DNA from: Antedon mediterranea
Lineage: Eukaryota > Animalia > Echinodermata
DNA: 64,000 nucleotides
Assembly (NCBI RefSeq): GCF_964355755.1
Contig: NC_092679.1
Coordinates: forward strand, 19,265,432 to 19,329,431
Reading direction: 5' to 3'
The position numbers and the translations under genes were made by a program. The notes below the pieces were generated by a model, which was given only the letters and a program-made list of their open reading frames with translations, did no database searches and was not told the DNA's origin. Shown here one piece after another: positions 23,601 through 34,673 of the stretch; positions within the stretch are counted from its first letter, which is position 1; each line of letters opens with the position of its first letter.

Positions 23601-26100
23601 TATGCAAATTACTCTCACTATTCAATTTTAAACCAACAATGGCACTGGTACAGTAGTATACAAGTGCCACTTACCTGGATAAACTGAAAACAGCCCTGTC
23701 TCTCCAAACAGGGGATGCATTTACAAAAAAAGAATTTGACATGTGGCATGGTTCCCACTAGAGGATGCAGTTCTCAGATGAAACCATTAAGCAATACGGG
23801 TGCCCTCTTCAGAAAGAGAGAAGGCTATTGTCGGTTTATCCAGGTATGCTAGGCACGAAATGATTCAACTTACCAGCAAAATTCTCCTGATCTTTACAGA
23901 GGGCTCTGAAATTTAACAGTGATAGCTTCTGTTTTTCTGCAAATCCTTCCAGAGCTCCATCCTTTGAACTTAGTGCCGATTCAAGTGATTTCGAAACTCT
24001 CAAACTTCTATGTTCATTTAGCTGTTCCGGTGACATCAGACGCGATGTTGACGATCTAACTAACCTGTCTTCGGTGCGCTTTCTGCCAAACCTACGCATA
24101 GTTGTCGCATCTCTTGAATAAGGTTTTGCAGTGAATTTAAACAGGTTTAACGTTTGTGGACGTTTACGAGGGAATGATCCAGTGGCAGGGTCAAGGAATG
24201 ATATATCTGGCATAGAGAAAGCAGATGTTAAGATGTCATCATCGCTGGTGTCTTCTCCTGCTAGAGGAAGACTCTGACCAAGCTTAGCACTTTCAGGGTC
24301 TCTACCTTCACTGAATGTCCTCTTATAGAATGGCTTTGCCGTCCGCTGCTGCACATCCTCAGAAGATACTGTTTTCTTTATTAAGCTAGGATCAATGACT
24401 GTTTTTAATTTTTCTTTCAGACTTTTCCCGGCAGATGATTTCTTTCTCTTTTTACCTCCACGTTTAGAAAGAGACGGCATCGTCGCATAACCTGAAAATA
24501 TAGTTGATTCAATATCTGGACTGAGACCTGCCTGTAAACTTGGAACCAACATTGGTTTTTTAAAGGTTGTGTCGTCGCAATCGAAAAAGACATCTGAATC
24601 CGGAGATTTGTCTTTTTTACTACCTTGGAGATCATAAGAACCGGCAAGAATCCTACTCTCGTCGTGTGAAGAGACTGTATGGTTCTCCATATTCAAATCA
24701 TCTTCAACAATATCTATAAAGGTATTATACTTCAGTTGGTAATAAGGCACTGGACTGGTCAACGATTCATCTTTTGTATTAGATTCATCTTTTGTAAGTG
24801 ACTGAAGATCAGACTCTGACAAAGTTGGCAGCGATTGCTTCCAGAAAGAGAAGTCATCAAAGGACTCATCCGTCTTGTCAGCATCAGCTACCAACAGATC
24901 ATCCATCAATATCGATTTATCTGGTGCATGAAGATCCTTTTCATTTGATTCTGCTGTAACATCCTGATCATTGTCCATAACTATCTGAATATCCTCTGTT
25001 GCAACGGTATGGTCAATGAAATCATCAGAGGCATCTCCATTTGTTTGGTCTTCACTACCAGTTGAGCAAGAATTATTGCTATTTTTATCGGGCAGTACTG
25101 TGGTTTTTAACTGTGAAACAGCAGAAATACCAGATGTTATTGTTTTGTTAGTTAAAACCTTTGATAAATTGTTAGTACAAAATTTATCAGAGTTTTCTTT
25201 TGTTAGATTATCAGTAATGTTAGTGCTCTCGCGTCTACTATCAATGTTAATTACAGGTGTACGCTCATTTGCATTAGCCACCTGGGTGTTATTCCTATCG
25301 GTAGTATTAACAGAGGTTTGTTTCCCTATTTTAACTACTTTATTCTTCTCAATCAGATCTTGTTTATCACTTTCACTGACATCTGGTGTCTTGGCGTTCC
25401 CCTGCATGTTGGCTAATACTTCAACACTCATAGACACAGAATTATCTGGACATACTAAATGGTCATCTTTCGTGTTAGAGTTGTTAGTAGTAGGTTTAGT
25501 TTTAATTCCTATTATACCTGAATCATCAGTGTTATTACTTACTGATGCCTCTTCGTTAACAACCTTTGCATTGTCATTAGCTTTGGAATTTCCCTTTTTA
25601 CGTAAAAAGCTTCTCCTCCCATCAGCCTTTCCACTTTTTTGCTTAGCAACCGGTTCAAAATCCAAGTCACTTGAAAATGTCACATACTCGATCGTCGCAA
25701 AGCTTGATTTGTTTGAATTATCAATTGAACCTTTCTGAGCGACGCTTAACGGCACCCGCTTATTGTCACCGGAATTACGAGTACTACCTGACATGTCTAT
25801 TTTTGTTATTTCCGATGGCACATTCTGTTTTGTTTTGCTTTGCACGCCTTTTGTAATTTCATTGGTTATTCCACCACCAGCAAATAAATTCACAGCATCT
25901 TTGTGTTCATTGTGATGACGGCGTTTACTTTTATGAGACGAGTCATGGTGGTGTTTAACTTTAAACCGGCCACTAGACTTCGACAGACTGTGACGGAGCC
26001 CTCCACTTTTAGATCGAGGGACTTTCTCATCGGTTCGACCGGTTGAAGTTGAATGACCTGCTGGAGTTTTTCCTCCTTCTTTACTCTGATTTTCTCCCAT
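5613..26100 (-). CDS. FMN: Formin, FMN1/FMN2/Cappuccino subfamily (12 coding exons, ~1300 codons in window; 3' end outside window)
   Basis: Phase-consistent GT-AG exons 26100-23874, 22408-22242, 14396-14258, 13478-13417, 12947-12346, 12004-11869, 10895-10746, 10509-10430, 10147-10018, 9469-9397, 6777-6704, 5672-5613. Poly-Pro FH1; FH2 motifs [50 protein letters not shown]; FMN-type [16 protein letters not shown]. Confidence 0.93.
6704..6777 (-). CDS. FMN: Formin exon 11 (FH2)
   Basis: [24 protein letters not shown]. Confidence 0.95.
7036..9390. repeat. 47-bp minisatellite, ~49 copies
   Basis: Unit GGGAGAGTTGGTCTAGTGGGTAATGAGCTCTTATACAAGTACCAAAA, near-identical copies. Confidence 0.97.
9397..9469 (-). 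CDS. FMN: Formin exon 10 (FH2)
   Basis: [25 protein letters not shown]. Confidence 0.93.
9555..9689. mobile_element. MITE family A (Harbinger-like TIR AGCTCTGTCTACACTATCAAACT, TWA flanks)
   Basis: TIRs and internal ATATCACTACCATATTTGGGC units shared with ~18 copies in the window. Confidence 0.85.
9861..9977. mobile_element. MITE family A, partial
   Basis: One TIR plus core. Confidence 0.75.
10018..10147 (-). CDS. FMN: Formin exon 9 (FH2)
   Basis: [18 protein letters not shown]... Confidence 0.93.
10430..10509 (-). CDS. FMN: Formin exon 8 (FH2)
   Basis: [13 protein letters not shown]...LDKPEQ. Confidence 0.92.
10548..10762. repeat. Degenerate ~23-bp tandem repeat derived from the exon 7 splice donor
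   Basis: Repeated TAGAGGGCTTACTTACTAG.. Confidence 0.8.
10746..10895 (-). CDS. FMN: Formin exon 7 (FH2)
   Basis: [21 protein letters not shown]...[12 protein letters not shown]. Confidence 0.95.
11323..11761. mobile_element. MITE family A with internal 21-bp repeat expanded to ~15 copies
   Basis: Both TIRs; (AAATATGGTAGTGATATGTTY)n. Confidence 0.9.
11869..12004 (-). CDS. FMN: Formin exon 6 (FH2)
   Basis: [35 protein letters not shown]. Confidence 0.92.
12346..12947 (-). CDS. FMN: Formin exon 5 (FH1 poly-proline and start of FH2)
   Basis: EEQDNAV...(PPPPPLPGG)n...[12 protein letters not shown]; CAG acceptor, GTAAG donor. Confidence 0.95.
13160..13323. mobile_element. MITE family A
   Basis: Degenerate left TIR, core, right TIR. 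Confidence 0.8.
13417..13478 (-). CDS. FMN: Formin exon 4 (coiled coil)
   Basis: [21 protein letters not shown]; phases fit both neighbours. Confidence 0.85.
13626..13781. mobile_element. MITE (TIR AGTGGCCGTATTCAC) nested in a tRNA-like SINE head
   Basis: AGTGGCCGTATTCAC...GTGAATACGGCCACT. Confidence 0.8.
13905..14192 (+). mobile_element. tRNA-derived SINE with Deu/Nin-like core
   Basis: A-box GGTGGCCAAGCG, B-box GGTTCGAGGC, core TCTTCTCGGATAA.GACTATAAACC...TTAAAGAACC...ACCCCGGTGT, (TAAA)n tail; second copy at 27960. Confidence 0.8.
14258..14396 (-). CDS. FMN: Formin exon 3
   Basis: [10 protein letters not shown]...[23 protein letters not shown]; TTTCAG acceptor, GTAAAG donor. Confidence 0.88.
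14712..15916. repeat. 66-bp minisatellite (~2 plus ~12.5 copies, interrupted at ~14860-15075)
   Basis: Unit TATGCCCACTCTGGGATATCTAAACACATTGCAAAGACTTTAAGTATAAACTGTATATCTCAAGTA. Confidence 0.95.
16497..17114 (+). mobile_element. Transposase-type helix-turn-helix ORF (IS630/Tc1-like N-terminus, no DDE domain), antisense in formin intron 2
   Basis: 205-aa ATG-initiated ORF; KNQLINAYE...[22 protein letters not shown] is a typical transposase HTH; stops shortly after it. Confidence 0.65.
17633..17993. mobile_element. MITE family A with ~7 internal 21-mers and a ~100-bp insertion
   Basis: TAA|TIR...TIR|TAA. Confidence 0.85.
18646..18836. mobile_element. MITE family B (TIR CCTGGATAAACCGACA, TA flanks)
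   Basis: TA|CCTGGATAAACCGACA..GGCCTTTTCCCCTTCGA...TCGAAGGGGAAAAGGCCTGTCGGTTTATCCAGG|TA. Confidence 0.85.
20218..20377. mobile_element. MITE family A
   Basis: TTA|TIR...TIR|TTA. Confidence 0.88.
20487..21287. mobile_element. Foldback-type element: ~800-bp near-perfect palindrome with mirrored 14-bp internal arrays
   Basis: TATA|CTATGGAACGCCGTTTACGCAAC...GTTGCGTAAACGGCGTTCCATAG|TATA; (TGAATGAAATGTTT)n mirrored; arms pair almost to the centre (~20885). Confidence 0.92.
22062..22223. repeat. ~51-bp tandem repeat, ~3 copies
   Basis: AATAGGCCTCCATA...AAATAAGGGAAAAGAGAAGTGTTGTAAAGTCCC. Confidence 0.85.
22242..22408 (-). CDS. FMN: Formin exon 2 (DEP-like segment)
   Basis: TTTTTACAG|GG acceptor, ATG|GTAAGT donor; GKRLLDWL...[20 protein letters not shown]. 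Confidence 0.85.
23674..23844. mobile_element. MITE family B, diverged copy
   Basis: TA|CCTGGATAAAC...GTCGGTTTATCCAGG|TA. Confidence 0.78.
23874..26100 (-). CDS. FMN: Formin coding exon 1 (long low-complexity N-terminus)
   Basis: 754-aa ORF starting MGENQSK; donor G|GTAAGT at 23874/23873; phase 1 joins the next exon as ..NFAG|KRLLDWL. Upstream acceptor TTTTTTACAG ends at 26431, so 26101-26430 is probably 5'UTR. Confidence 0.85.
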
Positions 26101-27961
26101 TTTAATCAGTTATTAAAACAATTAAACATATTGGAAATAGATTAATTATTCTCTCATTTATATTCACCCTATAAAAATAGAATATTCTTCATGAAAATGG
26201 GTCAGGTTTTTTAATAGCTGGTAAACAAAGACATGCTATTCAGATATTCAAAGTTCAAATAACAGATTGAATACACTAGGATGTAACGATATATGCCAAG
26301 TTAAAAGCTCAGTAATCCACTGAAGGTTTGCCTATTGTGTTCAGTTCAAAATTCAATGAATGAAGTCTTTAACAAAATGCTTTCCTTGTGTGGTTTACCA
26401 AATCATATGCCACAACTTGATCGACCTTTTCTGTAAAAAAAGTAAATAAATTGTTATGTTATGTTATGATATTTATAATAATTATGAATTACACAGTAAT
26501 ATATATTTACAGTAAATTTGTGTTAAATCCACACAATTTTTTTTTTACTAATGTTTGATCTTTTTTGGTTTAAAGCACTTGTGCTTATTTTGTATCCTAT
26601 TCCATTATCATATTTTATTGTATGTGTATGGGGTTTTCTTTATTATGGAATAAAAATGTTGATGATTGATTGAAATATAATAATTTACTTAGACTTTTAT
26701 GACAATAATTTCATTTTAAATAGGTTTTTTTTAGGATACAGCAATATTTATCTATAATCTTTTCTACAGTATACCAGCATAAAGAACCAGCATCACAGAA
26801 CGAACCAGGATTTCTATAAAAGGCAAGGAGCTATTTATATATCAAAATAATTAAATATATAGATTAGGAGACTGTATGCATGGGTGGGGTCATTACCAAA
26901 ACAGAATAATAAATACAGGATGAACATTTGAAAATGTTGGTGATATAAACAATTAGTTTAAATATTTGTTTATATTATAATAGACAACTAATTAAAAGAA
27001 TTTATTTTTAAAAAGGGTGACAACTTTCCTACTAAAACAAGAATGGTAATTTTTGTTGTTACCATTTTTTCTAGTACTGTATTTATGGTAATATTTTATA
27101 AGCACTAAATCACTGTATTAAGTGTTACTTATCATTTGCCATTGGATGATTCTAATTAATTATTATACCAACCACAACATTGTCCTACTGTAAAGTAGAT
27201 GGCACTACATTACATTTAGGACTTTCCTAACATTGGTTTGCAATATAAAATTATAGAGGGCAGTAGAGCATTTTAGAACTTTATCATCCCAGCACTCCTG
27301 ACAATCAATGGTAACCAATTAAAAAAATTAATTCAAAAATATTTTGATAATTTAAATTAAATTTCAGTATATCACCAGGTAGTTTTGAATTCATGTTCTG
27401 TGCCTGATATGTTGATAAATAATAACAAATTTATTTTTCTTACATTGTATAGAAATTTTAAATGTTATCTAAGAAAAAAACGTTCACAATTTCATTAATT
27501 CTATGTGTTGTCTTGGGGTTATATTATATAGACCATGGAAAATTGATTGCTGTTTTATATTCTCTTATTCGGTTAAGTTATTCATATCAAAGTATATTTA
27601 TGATATAATAATGCATCTAGCCTCAAGCTATTCTGCATAATATTAAGTAAAAAAAAATTTATATTGCTATAATTCTGCTACACAATTATGACATTGAATA
27701 GCATTCATATTACATTACAGTACATTATGTTTCTCTAGGAAATAGAGTAGTATAGTTGGGAGAGATTGAGGGTTGATCTGCATTATAATTTGTAAAGTGA
27801 ATTTTTGGGGAAATGGGGGCAGGGGGAGATGGGGGCAGGGGGAGATGCAGTGTCAGGGAGAGAAGGGATGTCAACTCATCCAATGATACCACATGTCAAT
27901 TTCATACAGCACAGTAGATTCTTTACACAAACCATCAGTAGTGTTGGGATATTGGTATTCT

Positions 27962-28245
27962 ATGAGTTGAGTGGCTGAGCGGTTAAGACAGTGGAATCGT
28001 AAATATGTAGCCATCATCAGCAAGGGGTCTATAGGTTCACTTGCTCCATGGTTCTGGTAGTAGAACAAGTCTTCTCAGATATAAGGACTATAAATCGTTT
28101 TACTTAGTATATCTTTCGATACGAGTAGGGGGTTACTCCGGTGTACTAGTACATCACAGCCACTGATCATAACTGGGCCCTCCTGGAGACCAGTATTTGA
28201 CTGAAGGTTACCCAGTATAAATAAATAACAAATTCAAATTCAAAT
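27962..28245 (+). mobile_element. tRNA-derived SINE, same family as 13905
   Basis: AGTGGCTGAGCGGTTAAGACAGTGGAA...CACTGATCATAACTGGGCCC...ACCCAGTATAAATAAATAA. Confidence 0.8.
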
Positions 28246-28790
28246 ACTACAAAAACAAACCTACTTTTTCTTACTGTACATGATATGATAATGACTAAAT
28301 TTCCTAAGTAGACATCTAAATTGACATATCTACAACACTGTGAAGCAATTCGTGTCTTATACTCAAATTACAACATGCGATATACATTTCTCTTATAGGT
28401 GATATTTGTTCTCTTTTAAGAGAAGCTGAAAAGACAAGTGTTCTATTTGAATGCTATTGATTCTCATCAGAGACTGTATTGATGTGGCTTGGTTCGTTAA
28501 CAAATTATGAAATACAAGCTGACATAATCTAATTCTCGTATTAGTATATCAGCCGTAATCAAAGTTTGTTGCAGATTTTAACACATTGAATAAAGTACAG
28601 TATGTGAATGGTAATGTAGAGCGAAATCATACAGTCAACTATCACCAATTGAAATCTCTTATGACTCGGATGCAGAATTCTTGCTTCCCTTTGAAAATAA
28701 AAACAATACAGATTCCAACTTGGAAAAATGAAATAACGTGAGAGACGGGATAAAAGCGTGATCAAACTAAGGTGATCTATTTTAAAATAT

Positions 28791-30600
28791 ATGGCAATAT
28801 GGAATATTGGAATTCGTGGTAGATTATGGAATATTATAAGTAGCTTGTACGACAATGTTAAGGGGCAAGTAAGATTTGGTGACATTGAAACACAGTCTTT
28901 TGATATAGAAGAAGGTGTTAAGCAAGGGTGTGTCCTTTCCCCAACCCTGTTTTGCATAATAATGAACGAACTCACTAAATTATTACGAGAACACGCGTTA
29001 GGTGTGCGCATACACGATATCTGCCTTGGTAGCCTTTTTTGGGCCGACGATATTGTACTTTTAGCAGATAGCGAAAAAGAACTCAATAAAATGTTAGATT
29101 TAGTATCCTTATTTGCTAAAAAATGGAAATTTAATTTTAATAGTGAAAAGTCAAATGTTTTGATAATAGGCCAGAATCTGAATAGCGAAAAACTTTGGAA
29201 ATTGGGGGATACTTTTATATCTGAAGTTGAAACATATAAGTATCTTGGTGTATACATTTCTAGAAATCTAAAAGACAATTTCCACATCAATCAAGTTATT
29301 AAAAAGGGCAATAGGATCATTGCGTACATTAAATCTATTATAGATAGACTCAACAATTTTGATCGTGTTGTATATGGAGATATCCTTTGGAGAAGTATCG
29401 GCCTTCCGACTATTAACTATGCTTGTGCTGTATGTGTCAATACAAATACTAAAGACATACAAAGGATTGAGTCTCTTCAATTACAAATGGCGCGAACAAT
29501 TCTTAAAGCGAGTAGAAGCACTGCAAAAGAGGCACTTTATGGCGATCTAGGTTGGCAACCAATTAAAGTAACTCAGGATATTTTTAAAGCAAAATATATA
29601 AGAAATGTTATGTGTATGGAAATGTATCGTTGGCCAAAACTTATATTAAACACAATTATTAGACATAAGAATTTTAATTCAAGGTACCAATTTATTAATG
29701 AATTTGAAAAAACTTGTGATTATATTAAGTTCGATTTCAATGCCATTCTTAATGATATATGTACAGGTACTGATATTGATATAAACTGGGTCAAGCCATT
29801 TGAAAATACAATTAAACAATCGTATTCTACTTTTTGGAAACAAGAAGTATTAAGAAAATCATCTTTGCTTGATTACTCTTTGATAAAAGAGTCACCTAGC
29901 CTAGAACCTTACCTACTGGATAAAACAGATTTTTATGGCTCAAGTTTAAAATTTAAACTTCGTATAAACACTTTACCACTTGGAAAAATTACAAATAAGT
30001 GGAACATTGATAATCTAAATGACAAGTGTAAGGTTTGTGGGTCAGGTGAAGAAGATGTTAAACATTTCCTGTTTATTTGTAATAAGTTACATTGTATTAG
30101 AATGGAAGAATTACAAACACTTCAACATAAACTTATTGCAATAAATTGTGTAGATACTTGGGTAAATTTTATTTCTGGTGACCTATCTATTAAGGTTCAA
30201 TATGTCCTAGGAAGCACGTTATTCCATAAAAATAACTCTCACGACATTTATGCTGTATTTGACAGTTATTGTAAAATGTACACAAGCCGTGCTTGGAAAT
30301 TAAGAAATGCAATTGTATTACAAATTTGAACTGTTTTATTTTTTAAAAAAAAGTGTTTTCTTTTCCATTGCTGTTGCAAAATTAGTAGTTGTATATTAGT
30401 GTAGTTTTAGTTTGTAAATAAGTTTTGTAATAGCGTCGAGTCAAATTTTATGTCTATCTCAAATATGTTTTATTTTCGTTTCAGTTTTTATTTTTCATTG
30501 TTTTTGTATTGAATTTTGTAATTGGTATGGACGCACCATCTACGCATGTGTGCCACTGTTAAAAAAGTGTTGTTCCAAATAAATATTATTATAGTAGTAA
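28791..30600 (+). mobile_element. 5'-truncated non-LTR retrotransposon (LINE; RTE-X/L2-like RT with C-terminal CCHC finger)
   Basis: Intact 512-aa frame: GVKQGCVLSPTLF, LFWADDIVL, YKYLGV, CKVC..EEDVKHFLFIC; T-rich 3'UTR ending AATAAA plus short tandem tail; no endonuclease or N-terminal RT motifs. Confidence 0.92.
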
Positions 30601-32350
30601 AATACTGAATTATTTTAGAAAATCTTAGCATCTACCGGCATAAAGTAAACAATAATGTAGGTTTGACCAGCACTTTTCCAAGCGTTGCACGCCAATTAAT
30701 ATTTGCATATCTCAGATAAATTGTACCTTTAGCAAAGTTTCAGGATTGAAACTCCTGTGATTAACGGAAAACCTGGGAGGTCTGACATAGCAATGTTCAG
30801 TTTTAACACACCAGGTTTGTAAAACCGCAGTATATAAAATTATGAACCCCTAAATCTACTGTTTCATTATCATTGTTAAATATAAAATTTTCATCAAGAA
30901 TAACAGATTTATACTTGCCAATTTAGATTAGAAAACCACTATCAATCGTACAATAATAAACACTTTTTTCAGAGCACAGAAGCAATACAGCTCAGTAGTT
31001 TGAATACATTAACCAAATACTGCAAAAATCATATGTATTGAAAGTGTCTTATAATGCTTTTAAAATTATAAAACACTTGAAACTGAATAAAATAAAACGC
31101 ACAATCAGTTGAGTAGCAGGATATAAAACAAATTGTACTTAAGTGGTGATATATCTATAAAATCCATGGTGATTATTTGTACCACATCAAAAGATTATAA
31201 AACATAAAAATAAGAATCACACTGTCATTGTCAATTTATCGTGAAGTCACAATTTGTATACTAATAGTTTACATTGCAGCTACAGTTGTAGGAAAATTTA
31301 TCAATGTTAAAAAATGAAACTTTATTAAATTCATGGGTCAATTTTATTACAAACTATAAAAGAGATATAAATAGAAAAAAAATTAAGTGCCTGAAAAATG
31401 TATCCATAGTGTTTTAAAGGCAAATACGTTTTATTTTTTAATTTGTTGATGTTAATCATAAGTTAGAATTACATACGGTATCTGGTCTTGGTTTTTTGCA
31501 AGAAATAAAATAAAAGCACTCAGAAACCGAGTGAAATCAGAGGACGCATGTTTTATTTGTGAAGTTATTATACACCGATTTTTCTGTACTGTAAGTATAT
31601 ACTGTACCCATTCTATTTTGCCAAGTACAGTAATAAGAATATAATATCTAGTAACAACCTTTCCTTTTTTAGCAGTCTGTCTAGAAAAGGTAACAAGGTT
31701 ATCAGCACAAAAGTGTATAAAATATGATGGTCTAACTAGATACAGTTGAAATGATTGAAAACATTAGAATAAACTTGCGATTTCTTTTATATATGCACCA
31801 AGAAAATGTTATAAAATATTAAATAATCGCGATCATAGTATTTATAATGGATACTATACTATACTATACTGTACCAATCATCGTCGTACATTACAAAGTA
31901 AATTTTTACAAAACTCATTTATAAGCCGATTCGGATTTTAATAGACAGGAAATCAGAGAGATAGCATAATGGTTTAAAATGCAATAAGATGAAATAACAC
32001 TATTTACTTTTAAGAGCGTTTGAATGCAAAATATGGAAGTATAAGACTAAGACTAAAAGATCATGTCAAAAATTTGAAAGCTTTTTTTTTAGTATAATTA
32101 TTGATTCATGTTTACTACAGTAATTTAAAATTTGTATGAAAAAGTGGAAACTCATATTTTTATGCCAATCCATTGTTTTTAACAAGATTTTACAGTATAT
32201 ATTTATATTTATATATATCTGCTAACTTTTCTGGCTGTTTACTTTATCATTTTGATTTAGCTTTTCGCTTTTTTTTTGTATCTCCATAGAGATCCAGCCA
32301 CTGATACCCACAGCATTGTCATTTGTTTCAGTAATTTGCCTTTGGATTTA

Positions 32351-32389
<39 letters not shown>

Positions 32390-32761
32390 TTTATTTTCCC
32401 CTTGTACTTGGGAAAAAAAAAATGTTGAGGTTTGGTGTTTTGGTGTTTTTATTTATGTTTTTATCTGTGTCTATTTTAATTGTTATTATTTTATGTATTT
32501 GTTCACTCATAAGCCAGAATTGGCTGGTCTTTAAATAAATAAATAAATACAAAAAATACCTGAAATTGTAGCAGTAGTCACTCCAGTAGAAACACTTTGA
32601 CATAATTCATAACCAAAAAAAGCTACGTCGTCATTAAATGCTAGGCTACAGAAAATGCTCACGCAAGGATTGACGACACAAATGACACAAGGGAACAGTA
32701 CAGTATGTTGAAGCAAAACCATTGCTTTAATTTATGATACAAAATGTAAAATGTACTCTAC

Positions 32762-32814
32762 CTTTATCCTTGTTGATGTCTGAACAGCAAAGAACTGACT
32801 AGGCCAGAGATTCT
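32762..32814 (-). other. Candidate non-coding 5'UTR exon of the formin
   Basis: TATTTGCAG acceptor and AAG|GTAGAG donor bracket 53 nt upstream of the first coding exon; splice signals only. Confidence 0.3.
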
Positions 32815-33206
32815 CTGCAAATAGAATAATAAAACTTTAATACTTCACATACTGTACTGGTATAAAACCTTTAATACAAAATTTTGTTTGGACAATTAAC
32901 CGACTGTACTGTACTGTACACATGTCAGTATTAAAGCCAATTTATACAGAAAAGCAGAAACGGTACGCATAAAAACGATGTGTAGCTTGTTCCATGTAGA
33001 ATCTGTATCTATCCTGAGCGGAAAACCGCCTGTCCTCTCCGCATTGTGTGTAAATGGTCATGTAAAACATAGATTCTATATTTTTATTGCCGTTACCGCT
33101 CGTCTGTGTAAATTGACCTTTATTATGGAAAACTACTATTTTGTGATTATGAACAGTATTTTGCAAATGGTACCCTCATCTTGAAGGACAAATATGACGC
33201 TATCTC

Positions 33207-33352
33207 AGCTTGGTTCCTACTAGGACGCAACGCAATGAGATAAGCCGCAACTCAAGCAAATTGACCAATTAAATCAATGGATTATTCAAACTATTGCTTT
33301 TGATTGGTCAATTCGCTTACGTTCTTGCAATACGTCATATGTGAACCAAGCT
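33207..33352. mobile_element. Harbinger-like MITE (TIR AGCTTGGTTC)
   Basis: AGCTTGGTTC...GAACCAAGCT with inner TTGACCAAT/ATTGGTCAA symmetry. Confidence 0.7.
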
Positions 33353-34508
33353 AATAGTAATGTAATTTTATAATCCTTGTCTCTGATAGCTTAGCCCTTT
33401 TACTCACATAAGGTATAAAACTTACATTTTAAAACCGTAGTACTAGTAGTACTGTACTATTACATACTGTACTGTACTATACTAAGTATTCATATGCTAA
33501 AACGACTGTAGTGTTAAACAATTGGAAGGAAAAACACCTGTAAATGATTTTCAAACTTACAACTCTTGTTCGCATTCCAACATCAAATCAATCAATAACA
33601 CTCAGTATAATAAATGTTTATTTTCCAGTTATGTAATAATGGAAGAATGTTTATTTACTAATATTACAATGGAGGAATGTTTATTTTATGCAACAATTTC
33701 CTGAATGCTTTATCATATTGCATATCATAATGCAAATTGTGTATCAAAATAAATGTATGAAATCATCTAAAAATTATACTTTAACCTCACCAATGACCTT
33801 TTATAAGCAGTACCTTAACATCCCAAGAGGCTCTAACATTATGAGTGGAGTCATTAAAGGCAACGAGACCTATCAGGACTTGCACAGCATACTAAACTGT
33901 ATGAAGATATTAAACCGTTAAGAATAGTAGATTTAAAATGGACTTGAAAATATACTGTAGCATCATGAAGAATAATCATCATAAAGTTGTCGTAATAGTT
34001 TCATGAAAATAATTAATAATCAAAATGAAATAATATTGGAGATAAGATTGAAGATATTAAACGGTTACAAATATAAGATTTAAATAAAATGGACATTTAA
34101 ATGTAGCATCATGAAGAATATTCAACATAAAGTTGTCTTTAAATTCATATAAAGGTTCAAAAATCGAATACGGTAACATGAAAGAAATATTAGCAAATGC
34201 AAAAATTACACTGTTACAGTAGTAGTACTTTTTCTAGTATTCTCCGACATTCTGAATTTATTGTAATGTTTAGTTACTATATAAACAAATCTTTTAAAAT
34301 CAATAATTTATAAAACTTTGTTTAGTTATTGATATAATAAATTAAACTAGAAAACTAGAAAATCTTAATCTTGAAAATGATAGATTAAAACGAGGAAGGA
34401 TTTCAATTTGGGTCATCACCGTTTGTTTGTGTAATCAAAATACAGAAACAAGACGTGAAGTAATTCAACAGCCATCTGTTCTGTTAACTTTCCACCTCTA
34501 TCGGCTAA

Positions 34509-34673
34509 AGCTCTGTCTACACATCAAACTAGTTTGAGTGTGATATGCCCAAATATGGTAGCAATATGTCCAAATATGGTAGTGATATGACATCATCATG
34601 TCCATATATGGGTACAGTACATCACATTTTATTTTTCACATAAAGTTCGATAGTGTACTGTATAGACAGAGCT
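34509..34673. mobile_element. MITE family A
   Basis: TAA|TIR...TIR|TAA. Confidence 0.85.

Noticed and set aside
24417-25856. 240-aa hydrophobic plus-strand ORF and smaller overlapping ORFs
   Set aside because: Antisense or alternate frames of the formin's large exon
28559-29550. 243-aa minus-strand ORF and small ORFs
   Set aside because: Antisense shadow of the LINE RT frame
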